A DNA stretch of 64,000 bases from Rhodosorus marinus CCMP1338 (GCA_029953675.1 JAMWBK010000009.1:372001-436000), one strand, 5' to 3'. Shown: positions 1 to 12,175, numbered from the stretch's first letter. The notes: a model not told the origin generated them from the sequence alone. Program-made: numbers and translations.

Positions 1-1
1 A

Positions 2-743
2 AAGACGCTGGTGAACTACGTTAACGAGATCCCCAAGGGAACCTCCGCGAAAATGGAGATTGCCACCGAGGAGGCCAACAATCCGATCAAGCAGGACGTG
101 AAAAAAGGCGCACTCAGGTACGACCGGCCAAGTTACCTTTTCGGATCAATCGATCTTGCGTTTACATACTTCCCATATGCCCGATGTAGGTTCTACAAGT
201 ACAGTGACTCGCTGATCAACTACGGTGCTCTTCCCCAGACATGGGAAGATCCGAACGAAAAGAACGAAGACACGGGATGCAACGGGGATAACGACCCAGT
301 GGACGTTATTGAAATTAGTGCCGACGCGAAGCCAATGGGTAGGAAAATCACTACCGCTCAACGGAGACCGCACGATTTGCAGTTGCTAAAGGTCGTCGAT
401 TCATGCAGGTGCTGTTTACGCTGTGAAGCCGTTTGGAATCTTGGCGCTTCTGGACGAAGGCGAAACTGACTGGAAGGTCCTGGCAATTGATGCGGCCGAT
501 CCGAATGCTGAGAAGATCAACTCGGTGGAGGACGCGAATGAGATCTACCCAGGACTTGTGGACAAGGTAACCGATTGGTTCCGCATGTACAAGACCGCTG
601 AGGGCAAGGGTGAGAACGAGTACGCCTTCGGAGGCAAAGCGAAAGACACTGCCTTCACCATGAGGATCATCGCCGAAACGCATGACAGCTACAACAAGCT
701 CAAGGCCGGTGCTATCCCCAACGAAGACTTATCACTCAACTAA
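2..743 (+). CDS. PPA: Soluble inorganic pyrophosphatase, family I eukaryotic type (5' end lies outside the window)
   Basis: Motifs EIPKGTSAKMEI, INYGALPQTWEDP, GDNDPVDVIE and LLDEGETDWKVLAID. GT-AG introns 118-189 (72 nt) and 339-408 (70 nt) join these into one frame. Stop TAA at 741-743. Confidence 0.96.
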
Positions 744-1034
744 ACGAGCACCACCACTGAGACAAACAGCAAAGGCCCACAACTTCTAGAAACCTCAGAC
801 CTATAGACCTACAGCTCATGACGGGAGGGGCACATACTAGGGACTGGATGGCGAGCACATCACCGCATGTGCAGAATCGGCATAGAAGTTGGTCCCAGCG
901 TTGCGTCAAAGTCTCGTATTGGAAAAAGCAACCGAAAACTCTCCCGACCTCGACCTTCAGAAAACTGAAAAGTCCGACTCGGAATCTAGATCCCAAAATC
1001 AAGCCGTGGTCTCCCCAACTCCTCTTCAAAGCTT

Positions 1035-1146
1035 GTACCATCCACCAATACTCAATCTACCGGAGAAACCATTCGGTTTCTTTGGTACCATCCACCAATA
1101 CTCAATCTACCAAAGAAACCGAATGGTTTCTCCGGTAGATTGAGTA
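1035..1146. repeat. Compound repeat: 39-bp perfect inverted repeat plus 27-bp direct repeat
   Basis: 1049-1087 is the exact reverse complement of 1108-1146. GTACCATCCACCAATACTCAATCTACC occurs at both 1035-1061 and 1085-1111. Confidence 0.95.
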
Positions 1147-1621
1147 GTTTTCAATGTCACCAAAGCAAAACACCCCGGACAGAATCGACAATCGATGGGG
1201 ACGAAGAACTCGATCCCATAGGAAACATATCAAAAATATGAACAAGACAGCGATCGTCTAATGTGCCAAACCGTTCCCTAAAACAGAAACGGAGACAAAA
1301 TATTGATGGCGATGAAGTCAGCCTTATCAAGCTGTGAACAAGGCGACCATCCATTCGGCGCCAAATTGAAACGGAGGTCACTCAGAAAAAGAGACAGCGA
1401 TCCCCTTTTTAATGGGAGGAAGGTCACACAACCTGATCGGTAGTTTGCACAAAGAAAAAGGCTCAAGGATATCCACTCATCGGAACAACGGAGGAAACTG
1501 ATTCCACGATGGGGGAAATATGATACGCCCACTAGTTGGAGAGAGATAAGGACCTGAGGCTGAGGGTGTTGGAATTCTGTTGACTTTTTCAGGGTTGAGC
1601 TTCGGGCGCCCCTGAAGAGAG

Positions 1622-2893
1622 ATGTATCATTCACCGTTAGCTCGACATGTCTTTCGACGAGGGGATTTGATAGGATGTATTGGTGACGGAAGAAGAAACC
1701 TTCATCGCACTGGCGTCGCGTTGAGGACTTTCCGAGGGGTGAGTTTTCGGTTTCTGTCTTTCCCCTGTGTTGAAAGAAGGTTACTCCAGTTCTTAACTAC
1801 TCCGACACGGACTCTGTGGATACGCCTAGGGAGATGGAACGAATTCATCCAGTCGTTCCAGGAAGCCCCTACCGATGAATCTTGGGATCATTGTAGTACC
1901 CCAACAATCGAACTACATTGTCGAAAGGTTCGGGAAATTTTATCGTCTGCTTAATCCTGGAATCGAGTTCCTTATTCCGCTCGTAGACCAGGTCGCATAC
2001 ACTCACTCGCTGAAGGAGGAGGCGCTTAGCATCCCAAACCAGACCGCAGTCACTCGGGACAACGTAACCATTACAATCGACGGCGTCCTGTACGTGAAAG
2101 TTGAGGATGCTTATAATGCGTCCTATGGAGTAGAAGATCCTCATCAGGCGATGTCTCTCCTAGCCCAAACAACGATGAGATCGGAGCTCGGAAAGCTTAC
2201 ACTGGATAAGACTTTCAAAGAGAGAGAGACCCTGAACGAGCTCATAGTGAATAGAATCAACAAAGCGGCGAAACCGTGGGGTATCAGGTGCATTCGTTAC
2301 GAGATCCGTGACATCCACCCTCCTGAGGGAGTGAGAAGAGCGATGGAGCTACAAGCTGAAGCTGAGCGAAGAAAACGTGCTCAGATTCTTGACTCTGAAG
2401 CAGAGATGCAGAGCGATATAAACGTCGCAGAGGGACACAAAAAGGCTATGATTCTAACCTCGGAAGCAGACAAAGTTGAGAAGGTATAGTCCTTGATGAC
2501 CAGACAGAATGCTAGCAAGAAGGCAGCCACTCAGCTTCACCATGTATCAACTCTTGTCAGGTTAACCAGGGACGTGGAGAAGCAAACGCAATCCTTGCTA
2601 GGATGAAGGCGATCAGTGAGAGCCTGGATCTGATTTCCAAGGCTGTGAATGAGAACGAAAAGGGCAGACAAGCAGTCAAGCTACGCATCCTCGAGCAGTA
2701 CATCCATTCATTCCATGAGATTGTCGGCAAGACAAACTCTATAGTCGTCCCAGGAGGAAAGGGTGGATCGGATATTTCATCGTTTTTAGCTCAGGCGATA
2801 ACTCTCGCTACGAAGCTGACCGAACCAGTTCCTGATGAAGAGGAAGGAGGTGAAGCTACTGAGAGAGGACGGGAGTACAATTCAAATTCATAG
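1622..2893 (+). CDS. STOML2: Stomatin-like protein 2 (SPFH/band 7 domain plus C-terminal extension), probably mitochondrial
   Basis: Motifs IVVPQQSNYIVERFGK, QTAVTRDNVTITIDGVLY, QTTMRSELGK, RYEIRDI and QAEAERRKRA. Arg-rich presequence-like exon 1. Inferred introns 1739-1829 and about 2484-2560. Confidence 0.93.
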
Positions 2894-3128
2894 CCCAAGA
2901 AGTAGAGCCTTTGTTATAACTTGGTAATAGGTCAAGACCATTCTGCTTATGAGGACGATCCTTCCCGGGGCTTCGTGGTCAACTGTTGCTTGAACAGCAT
3001 GTTCAGATGTAGACGTTTCGAGGAAATGAGCGGCACGCTTGACATAGACCCCAGCTTGCTGCTCAAAATTGAGGTTTTTGTTTTGTTTGGTTCCTATAGT
3101 ACAAGCCTTCGTTTGAGGAGGCCCGAAG

Positions 3129-5486
3129 CTACCATGTCTTCTTGTCACAGCGAGTGGCTAACCCGCTGCGATCGATCGGGGCTGTTGCCAGACGTAGCCT
3201 ATTCACGAGAGACAATAAGCTGGATCAGAAAATCAGAAAAGGACTCCCATCCTCGTACAACTGAGTAAACCCAAAAACAAAAACCGAACCGCTTACCACT
3301 CCAGAGGTTCTCCAACAAGCAATGGGGACACTTTCTCCTGAATGAGGGCGTGATAGTTGTCCAGCCAGTCGCACTCGGCTGCACTCATGACGCATACGTC
3401 GACCAACTTCTTATCAATGGGGACGAAGGTGAGCTGTTCGAACTCAAGGAATGAGCCCTCCCCTACTTTGCTTTCCCTAACCGCGATAACGCTTTCTATC
3501 CTGATGCCGAATGCTCCCGCTTCGTAGTAGCCCGGCTCATTCGAAAGGACCATTCCTTTCTCCAAAGGAACCGGATTTGCACGACTGCTTATCCCCATCG
3601 GGCCCTCGTGAACGCACAAGGAAGCCCCCACTCCATGACCTGTCCCATGCTTGTAATCCAATCCATGGTTCCAGAGGTGACGCCTGGCAAACGCATCGAT
3701 AGCATGACCCGTTGTCCCAGGAGGGAATATGCTCGAGTCTATAGCAATGTGTCCCTATCAAAGCAGGTATGAACGATGTACTTTTCGTCAAAAACTCACA
3801 GTAGGACACCAGCATCGGAATCTCTCCCTTAAAAAGCAGATGTGTATGGCAAGGTCGCACCTGTAAGACCCTCGTGAAGCATTCCTTCTGCCAGCTTGTA
3901 GGCTCTCCGAAGTGAACTGTCCTAGTGATATCGGTCGTCCCCTCATGGAACTGGCAACCCGCGTCGCAGAGGAAGCTATTGTCCAGAGTTACAGGTGACG
4001 TGCTCTCCGGAACAGGTCGGTAGTGAATGACAGCACCGTTCTCACCAGCGGCCGCGATTGTCTCAAAGCTCGGACCGATGTAACCTTCCAGCTCGCTCCT
4101 AATGGCCTCCAATTGTTGCGATACTTCAACCTCGGTTGGTTTCTCGCCTTGAGCAAGAGTCGCTTCAAGCCAGCAAAGAAACTTGGCCCAGTTCACTCCA
4201 TCTGAAGGGTCAAGAAATGCAGAGGAAGATTTGACCAGGTTAGGGTCTAATCGTCGCACCAAGCTTCTTCGCGACTGCCGCTCGTGTTGAAGCAAACGGG
4301 CTCTGAGAAGCCTGCGTTCGTACCCTTCAAATAAGCTGTTTTCATTGCTGCCATTTCCACGTCTGTCTTTTTTGCCTTCATTAACGCGATTGGCGTTTCT
4401 TCCTTAAGCGGAGCGTTTCTATCCACTGAAGCGGCCTCAAAGGCAGCCACAGAAGTCGATCCAGGATCCAACCAGAACTTACTGCCCTGGCTTACCCTGC
4501 TGCTGATGTGCGGAAAAGTGTCTTCGTACGCGCAGATCGATACTTTGGAGGACGTCATTAGTTCGGAAACCTCCGCCGTGATTCTTGATTGGTCGCAGTA
4601 CAGAGTAGCACTGGCATCGTCGCGAATGATCAAGTAGGAAACGAAGAGTGGAGTATTGGGAACGTCGGAGCCCCTCAGGTTGAGAATCCACGCTATGTCG
4701 TCAAGCTTGGAAACAAGGAGATCTGTAGCTTGCTTTGCTACCATCGACTCTGCAATTTTCGAAAGCTTATCTGCTACGGTCAAGCCAGCGTACTTCATTG
4801 GATGTATTCTGAAAGGGTCCGAGCTTAGTGGAGGTCTCCCAGAAGTCCACGTCTTGTCCACCTAGCATGAAAGCGCGACAATTTCTGTTCAACAAGGAGC
4901 TCTATACCATCCACGTCCTGCTGAAGGATATTTTTCTTGTTTTTTTCGTACAAGGTTGTCGCTGAGGAATACCAGCTCAACGTTCTTTGACTGAATTGCA
5001 GTTTTAATCCGCTGAGAGTCTGTGATTGCAAACAGCGTCGGATCGACGCCAATCTTGTCCCCTTCCTTGAGATTGTTTGGTAGCCACTCATGAATGTGAG
5101 GTACACCAGGCGTCAGCGCTGTTTTGAGTTGCAAAAGAGACACAACCAAGCAAAAGTGAGTTAGGCAAGAAGGTTCGCGCTAGGACGAAGCCTGGTGACC
5201 AATGAAGGCAACTCATGCACTTGTTTTTAGGCTAACCTTTCATCAGCTTCCACTGATCCGACAGTTCCTTATCCGCCTGCAGGAAGTACCTCGCATCAGT
5301 CCAAAGTAGTGCTTCCTCTTTAGTCACCACAGCAGTTCCAGCAGATCCCGTGAACCCAGTCACGAACTCCCTCCTGGCATAGTGCTCCGGAGGCATCTCA
5401 CAGAAATGCGGATCATTCGTCGGAATCACAACAGCGTCCACTTGGGCCTCAGCCATCGCGGACCTCAAATCTTCCAGCACACCCAT
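3129..5486 (-). CDS. XPNPEP1: Xaa-Pro aminopeptidase P (M24B; creatinase-N domains plus peptidase domain)
   Basis: Motifs DAVVIPTNDPH, TGFTGSAG, LWTDARYFLQA, DDIAWILNLRGSD, DAGCQFHEGTTDITRT, HGTGHGVG, VHEGP and NEPGYY...GIRIE. The last exon, inferred from a phase-2 intron, reads WLRLATAPI... and stops at 3129. Confidence 0.95.
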
Positions 5487-6139
5487 CCTTCAAACTTATC
5501 AATGCAAAAGCTGTAAAAGTATCTTACAAGCTCTCTAACTCTCCAAACCCGCTGCCTTGGTCCACCTTCCACAAACCTCACCCTATACAATACCACAACT
5601 TCTATTCTGTAACGATTAAAAGCGTCGAATTTATTTCTCAAAAAGATGAAAATCGACAAATCTGGGAGTGTTAGATCATCGCCAGCTCTTGGAATTCCAT
5701 AGGAGAGAATGGATGATCTGATCTCTGCGTTGCATTCTGCAGGATGTTATGATGAGTTTGGATTGCTGTAGAGATGGTCGAAGCAAGTTAGTTAATTTTT
5801 AGCGCCGGGTCTGTAGAATGCCACAAGGTGCATCTCACGACCATGGTGAGATCAAGAACTGCTTGATTAGCCCGGTTTGTTTTGGGGTTGAAGGAGCGAA
5901 AAGTCGTTTGTTCGTCGCTGAGACTGGCCTATCGTAACGCGAGGGCTTCTGTTTCTCAGCATCTGAACTCCCAGAGAGAGGTTCCCGATGTGTAGTCGTT
6001 GACCGATTCATCGCGTTTTTGCCAATAAATTTTTAATGCGATAATCGATACAATTGTTCGAAGACTAGATTGACTAGCATTGTTCTTTGTCTATGTTCAT
6101 GGCGGGTTGTGAACCGTTATCGTTCCTGGCAATCGGGTC

Positions 6140-7285
6140 TTAGACCACGAGCTCGAGGAACTGAAGATTCGAGTGCAGCCAGTTGATCAGCGCAAGGTTG
6201 ACGCATCCGTGCCAGAGTTGATGCGAGTGTCCGAAGTGATCCAGCTTTCCCGGGATAAACCTTTCCGGAATCCGCGATACATAGAGAATGAAACCTAAGA
6301 GATAGAGCCCGTACATCGTCGCAATCTTCTGTACCGCGAAGAAAATAACCTCCCTTGGGAAGTCAGACTTGCAGATAAAATGAATAACCGGAATTAGACC
6401 CCATGCTGCGTCGAAAACAAACATGGCGTCCTTGGCGATGGCCCAATCGCGCCTGGCGAAAACTTCGACCAGAATTATCCCCTTGATCGTCACAACTACT
6501 GTCAAGGTCAAATAAAAAATTCTCCAGAACGGCATTGACTTGAAGAAAGCATTCAGAGCCGGCATATAAGATGCGCAGATCAACAAGATAATTCCCTTAA
6601 AGTCGGTTCGACCTGTGCAGGCCAAGAGTAAGAGCATGTTAGTTCTCGCACTAGAATCTCCCATTCAAGCGAGCAGAAAACCAAAAAAATACTTCACTAC
6701 TTCTCACTTCTGCAATTCAGCGCTCAGAGAGTGTGCTTACCCAAAATAAGGAAGGATTTATGACCATGACATCCGAAGAGATGATAGCATGATGACGACG
6801 CGAGGCAGTTCGCTCCTGCCATCAAGTACGCGAAGATCAACACTTTGTCGAACACGGCCGCCTCCTTTGCCAACACAAACAGAACGTAGGGTGTGTAGAG
6901 CAGCAGCAAAACGAACGGCAAGAAATGACTCCAAAAGTTCACTGGGGATTGGGAAGCGCATGGACATGTCTGAGTTAAACGTCCAAGGCTGCTGTAATTG
7001 TCGAACACAGTGAACCCTTGTGAAACGAACCTGTTTCATTATGAATCTTAAACGCGGACTTAACACAACCACCGAACGAAGTGCCAATTTCCCTGTACCC
7101 TAAGTGGACAAAAACGGACCATACAGGAATCACCAGTCAGCTCAAAACACAGCATCAACGCTGGCCCCATTCAGGTTGTAAGCTTTCCAAAACCTACCTC
7201 TAACAATAAAAGGAATCCTAGCCCATTTCGGAACAGCCTCGTGACCAACAAGCTTCCGGTTTGAGTCTACATCCGTGAAAGTCAT
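6140..7285 (-). CDS. PAQR / adiponectin-receptor (hemolysin III) family 7-TM protein
   Basis: The spliced model reads PKWARIPFIVRGYR...KIHNETVNFWSH, SSCYHLFGCH and PERFIPGKLDHFGHSHQLWH. The three conserved His clusters are present. Three introns. Confidence 0.92.
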
Positions 7286-7857
7286 GATTGCAATTCTTCA
7301 CCTCACCTAAAACCCAACCGCAAAAAATAAGGCCCACGACCCAAATACTCGCTACTAAACCAGCAAGCAAGGCCTACTATCCCACTGAACAACACAACAA
7401 GCAGCCAAAGACAACCACTGTCATCTTCGAACATCCCCCAGGCTACTCAATACCACATTTCACCATGTCTCATAGCACTCCCCCCAAACCACCATTCCAG
7501 GAGATCTTCACGTCTCTCGCACAACAGAAATGATCCGCACTACGGTTGGGGAAGCCTATATCTGTAATAATATTACCCCAAAAAACTTATTTTGGACAAG
7601 GAACTATTCCAAAAGTCCTAGTTTTCTCTAATCCGAACTCTATTCTAACCGTAGATTCCCAAAACTTCCTTTTTTGGTTGAGGAAGTAGTACAGTGTAAT
7701 ATTGGACCCATGCTGGATTTGGCCTTAATATTTCTTCTTCTAAACATCATTGCATTTATCAACTGACGTGGGAAGCTCACAGGCTTGGCTCCCGGAAAAG
7801 CTGTTCATTTATTAACAAAATTATATAAAGCAGGCCAACGGGTGCTCAATGTTACCA

Positions 7858-7901
7858 TTCACATGGCGACGTTACCAACGTTACCAACGTCGCCATGTGA
7901 A
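7858..7901. repeat. Perfect 16-bp hairpin whose loop is a duplicated GTTACCAAC unit
   Basis: TTCACATGGCGACGTT (7858-7873) pairs with AACGTCGCCATGTGAA (7886-7901). The loop is 12 nt. Confidence 0.9.
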
Positions 7902-8372
7902 ACCACTTCAAGAGAAATTCCTCTTTTTATGAAATAATTACGTGGCCCTTGATCTGGCGAAAGCTTTTGGCCAATGATACCCGACTGGATGCGGACTATA
8001 TTTATCTGGAAACAAATCTCTCCGCCCGAAATGCTTGAAAAGTTTCAAAAAATTGTAATCATCGGCTAGTGGTAGGGTTGTTGGGAGAAGTGTAAGTCAG
8101 GGTTGGGGACGGAGAGATTCTCAGACTGAGAGAAAGCTTAGTCTCGAGAGGGAAAGCTCATCCGTGCGTGGTGTACTCGACAAAAGTGTCGATCTTCACG
8201 TCTTTGATTGCAGAACCGAACTGTCTCGCATCATCATCATGCTGTGCCTCCCTTCCGATGTCATGGTATAATTTTTTACCCCACGTTTTGGGAGCGCAGA
8301 CTTTTGCGAGTGTTGACTGCTAAGCAGGGAATAGTGAAGTTGGAGGATTATGCGTTGGATAGAAGACGATTA

Positions 8373-8610
8373 GAACAACCAGCTCTAGGAAAATTTTACC
8401 TAATCCACTGTCCAGGACGCTTTGAATCCCTACCGTCGTTTCGAACAACTTGCAACCATAGGCATGTCCTTACATTGCCCACCTGGGGTGGTGAGAGCAA
8501 TGCTGGTATTGAGAGGCACTCATTGTTTAAGGATTCTGTCCGGCAGAGGACCATAGGAACAACCAGCTAGAGGAAACAGGTACCTAATCCACTGTCCAGG
8601 ACGTAGTGAA
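8373..8610 (+). repeat. Two imperfect 54-bp direct repeats, 184 bp apart
   Basis: 8373-8426 and 8557-8610 share GAACAACCAGCT and TACCTAATCCACTGTCCAGGACG. They translate as EQPALGKFYLIHCPGRFE and EQPARGNRYLIHCPGRSE. Confidence 0.85.
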
Positions 8611-8723
8611 GGCCAAGTGTTGTTTCGCATATTTAGCGGGAAGTGAGTGACATGTTGATGTGGCGTACTGCAACAGTTAGTTTATTGTTTTGCGCGAGAG
8701 TGAGGTTTGTACAGAGTCAGAGC

Positions 8724-10201
8724 TCAAGTAAGCAAGGGCAAAAGCAAGCGATTTGCTTCATAGGTTGGACTATCGAGTTTCAACGTGGTGTCCGGAGTTT
8801 TGCTCAGCTGATTCCGCGCGATGTAGACGTTGAACTCGCGTACCTCTCGATCTTCTGAACGAAGGTCAGCGAGAAGTTTATCCTTGAGGTCCTGGTCCCT
8901 CTCGTGGGCGTCGCAGTACAGGGCCAGAAAAAGCTGCAAGTCCATGGCATCTGCTCTATCGGTTTGCTGCCAAAGGCCAAAACAGAAGAAGATGCTCAGT
9001 TTCGGTGGACACCGGAGTGCTCATCATATGATTCATTAGCTGAGGTTTGAACAGTGGCGATCTTGCCCACCTGAGAAATTTGCTCGACCAGGTTTGAAAG
9101 CAACGACTTAACCTCGTTCTCGTCCGATTCAGTAAACAGTTCAACTAGCTGCGTCATGACACCAGAGTCTGTCGGAGGCGGTTCGACAGAAACGGGGACT
9201 TTCTCGCCTTTCTCCTGCCGAATCTTGGATGCACTGAACCATAGAAAGAGTTCCGGAGTCACTCCAGTGGTGATTGAGACTGGGCCGAGAAGGTCTATGG
9301 CATCCTTGTATCTGCCACAACAGTAGTAGCAAACCGCTTTACGTTTTGCACGCACGGGGGTGTCAGTCGTCACAAGCGGTTTGGGGTAGAGCTTCAAGAT
9401 AGCTTCACACCATTATTATACAATGACGAAAGGCCATAGCGAACGAACCTTGCTGTATAGGTCTCGAAGGACCGTACCACAACGGAAGGAACTGCGAGTA
9501 TTCCCTATTGAACTTGTGCCCGAAGTGTAGCAAGTTTCCTACCATCTCCGTGGATTGCAAGAGGCCCACGTCCCAGATTAGTGCTGCTTCTTCCACTCTG
9601 CCTAAACGGAACAAGTTCGCGGCCCTGGACAGGTTGCACGAGTTCAGGCAGTTGGCGAGCAAAGCTGCCACCCAAAGGCTTTCTTAGCTAGCCCGCTTAC
9701 CGTCTATAATACGGCTCATATCCTTTGTTAAACCCGCACCTCTGTGATTTTTGAAAGAATTGCTCGGCAGAGTCTACATAGTCCGCACGAGCACATATAG
9801 TACCGCGCAGAAACGCCGCCCACGGATCCTTTGTTCCGAGAGAGGCCTGAGTTTCCCAGTCCTGAATCATGTCCAGCTCTGCTTCCATCTGATCGCGCGC
9901 TAACTGAATAGTCGGAGCACCCTGTGAACCAAAGAGGGAAGGACAAGCCAGTTCATATCAACACGTAAGCAACTAACACATCCCAGAGGATAGCAACCAT
10001 CCAGAGTGCCTGAGGGTCCGACCAAAAAAACCGAACGCTTACTCTAGACCCAAGAAAAAAGTCCATATGACGCTGCGAAAACCAGAAATTACGTACCGCA
10101 ATCGCAGTATTCGCCATAGACACTCGACATCGGCTCCTCACCGCAGCCTTTCGATCACCTCGAACGAGCGCTAGTCCTCCCACAAACGCTTGTAATCCCA
10201 T
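8724..10201 (-). CDS. Hypothetical TPR-like helical-repeat protein, probably plastid-targeted
   Basis: MGLQAFVGGLAL...RCRVSMA resembles a transit peptide. Helical-repeat-like segments include AAFLRGTICARADYVDSAEQFFQKS, RAANLFRLGRVEEAALIW and YYCCGRYKDAIDLL. The ORF pieces join through GT-AG introns. Confidence 0.65.
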
Positions 10202-10307
10202 CTTGTTCTTCCAATACTCCAGTGCGAACAAGAAAAAACAAATCAAGATATCAACTCGGTTTGTCAACACGTTCCGTTCTCAAGACCTACACCAATACAA
10301 ACTCTAA

Positions 10308-10830
10308 ATGAAGCCTTCAAACATCGTTCCCAATACCCAAAACCCATTCAGATATTATCTCCGCCCCCACGCCGTCCCAACTACTTGTTCTGTCCCAAAA
10401 CGGCGTCCCACGGTTGTCGTACTGGAGGGTTGTGGAGATGGTCTTTCCTCTGAGACTGAAATAGCCTGGGAGGTCAAGGCTACCGATTGTTGGATGTACC
10501 TGAACTCGAACGCAATCAGAAGCTTGCTCATGCAGCAAAATATAGAAACTGGTTCTTGCTTGTAAGTTGGTTTTTGGGCTTCCCCTGTTTATCTGACAGG
10601 GCCGTTCTCAGCGACACACTGCGTTGGCCCTCTTATCAAGTTTGAGCAACGCTTGACACATCTTCGTTTTCGTCACCATAGTGCCTGGAACTGGAGAGGA
10701 GATTTTTGTTTGTTTTTGCAGAGGTTAGCCAGACAGCCCCCACCTTATCAACGAGACAGAAGAGAGGATGCGAGTTGTTGATTTGTGTCCCAGCTATGCG
10801 TTAAGGAATGGGGTCAGGGTGGCAGACTAA
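10308..10830 (+). CDS. Possible small spliced hypothetical gene
   Basis: An 85-aa ORF starts at ATG 10308, with a GTAAGT donor near 10560 and a later open stretch (HLINETEERMRVVDLCPSYALRNGVRVAD). No family recognised and the splice path is not resolved. Confidence 0.25.
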
Positions 10831-11104
10831 GAGTTCACGATGGTCTGAAGGCAAGTTAATTCAGATAACAAAGCTACGCAAGTTGACAGGCCTTGCAGAT
10901 GGCTATCTAAATTTCCGAGGCGTTCCTAGCCCAAGGGCTTTTGAGTCATTTTGAGGGCGAGGCGCACTAGATGGAGAAAGTGAAGTTCAGTGATGAGTCA
11001 GAGCCCTTGGCATTGTGTTTTGAACTGGAACGTCTTCGCTCGTCATTTTTTTTTCTTATTATATGCGTATTTAGTTGTTCGAAGTTAGTCTAGACTTGGC
11101 CACT

Positions 11105-12175
11105 CTAGGCGACGATCTCAAGCTTTAGGTTCTCGTAGCCCAAACGCGCCTTGTGCTCTTCTGTGAGCTTTTCCAGGCCCTTGATGTATTCTTCTTGAAG
11201 CTGATCGATATATTCTGGAGACGGAGAATCCGATCGAGTGGTCTGTATAGGACTTCCGACAACTGTGGTTATCGGCACCATTTTTGGCAATAGCGGGAGG
11301 GCCATCACAGGACCGTAGAACAGCGGTACACTGAAGGTGAAGGCTGACATGAAGAAATCTTGAACCCTTCGCAGAGGGCTCCCTGGGGGATTGGACAAAG
11401 TATTGTACACCTCATTCTCGCCGAAGGTCATGGTGGGCACTAACGAAGCACCCGCTTTGACTGCACAAATGAAAAACTGCTTGCGCTTTCTGAGGACCAA
11501 ACGCATCCTCCCGCTCTTTGTTTCCAGCGCTTCCTCCGCTCCTCCAACTGGGAGAAAACAGGTTTGCTGTGTTGAGGAACGGAACTCTCCCCTAGATTTT
11601 GTGTAGTTGGGTTGAAAGCCCTTACCGATAACACATACGGATCGCCCCCTGCTCAAACTACTGTGAATGCTCCCCCTGCTCGCTACGGTAACATCGTGGA
11701 GATACATCCATTCTCTCCAGAACGGGATGAACCACATGAGCTTCAACGTTACGACTTGGATTCTAATTCCAGGAAACAATTTGGACACATTCGACCCATC
11801 CGTACATAGATTAGCAATCCCAGCGGGGATTACTCCATGAGGATGATAGCCAAACAAGTAGACCTTGTCGCTCGGTAAGTCCACCGTCTTCTCAATCGAA
11901 ATAGATCCAAACCTCAGTGCTTCTTTCCACCATGAACCTCCACGAATCTTCTGTATCAAGCCGATCCTCGATAAAAAGTCGGATCCACCTTGGTACGGTA
12001 CCGGATCCAGGAAGCAAACAGTCCAATACGCCACGAGCACCACCCTCGCAGCAGGAAAGAACACCACCAGCAAGAGCGTCAACAAGATCGCTAAAGGTTC
12101 AGAAAATAGTGGGAAAAGCAGGAGAAACTTGAGATTCAATAGCAACCGAAGGAAGGCTCGAAGTGAGCTCGACAT
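11105..12175 (-). CDS. DGAT2: Diacylglycerol acyltransferase type 2 (DGAT2/MOGAT family)
   Basis: Motifs YLFGYHPHGV, VGGAEEAL, GASLVPTMTFGENE and ITTVVGSPI, with an N-terminal hydrophobic hairpin. One 78-nt intron, 11548-11625. Confidence 0.92.
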   Translation of the reverse strand: MSSSLRAFLRLLLNLKFLLLFPLFSEPLAILLTLLLVVFFPAARVVLVAYWTVCFLDPVPYQGGSDFLSRIGLIQKIRGGSWWKEALRFGSISIEKTVDLPSDKVYLFGYHPHGVIPAGIANLCTDGSNVSKLFPGIRIQVVTLKLMWFIPFWREWMYLHDVTVASRGSIHSSLSRGRSVCVIGKGFQPNYTKSRGEFRSSTQQTCFLPVGGAEEALETKSGRMRLVLRKRKQFFICAVKAGASLVPTMTFGENEVYNTLSNPPGSPLRRVQDFFMSAFTFSVPLFYGPVMALPLLPKMVPITTVVGSPIQTTRSDSPSPEYIDQLQEEYIKGLEKLTEEHKARLGYENLKLEIVA

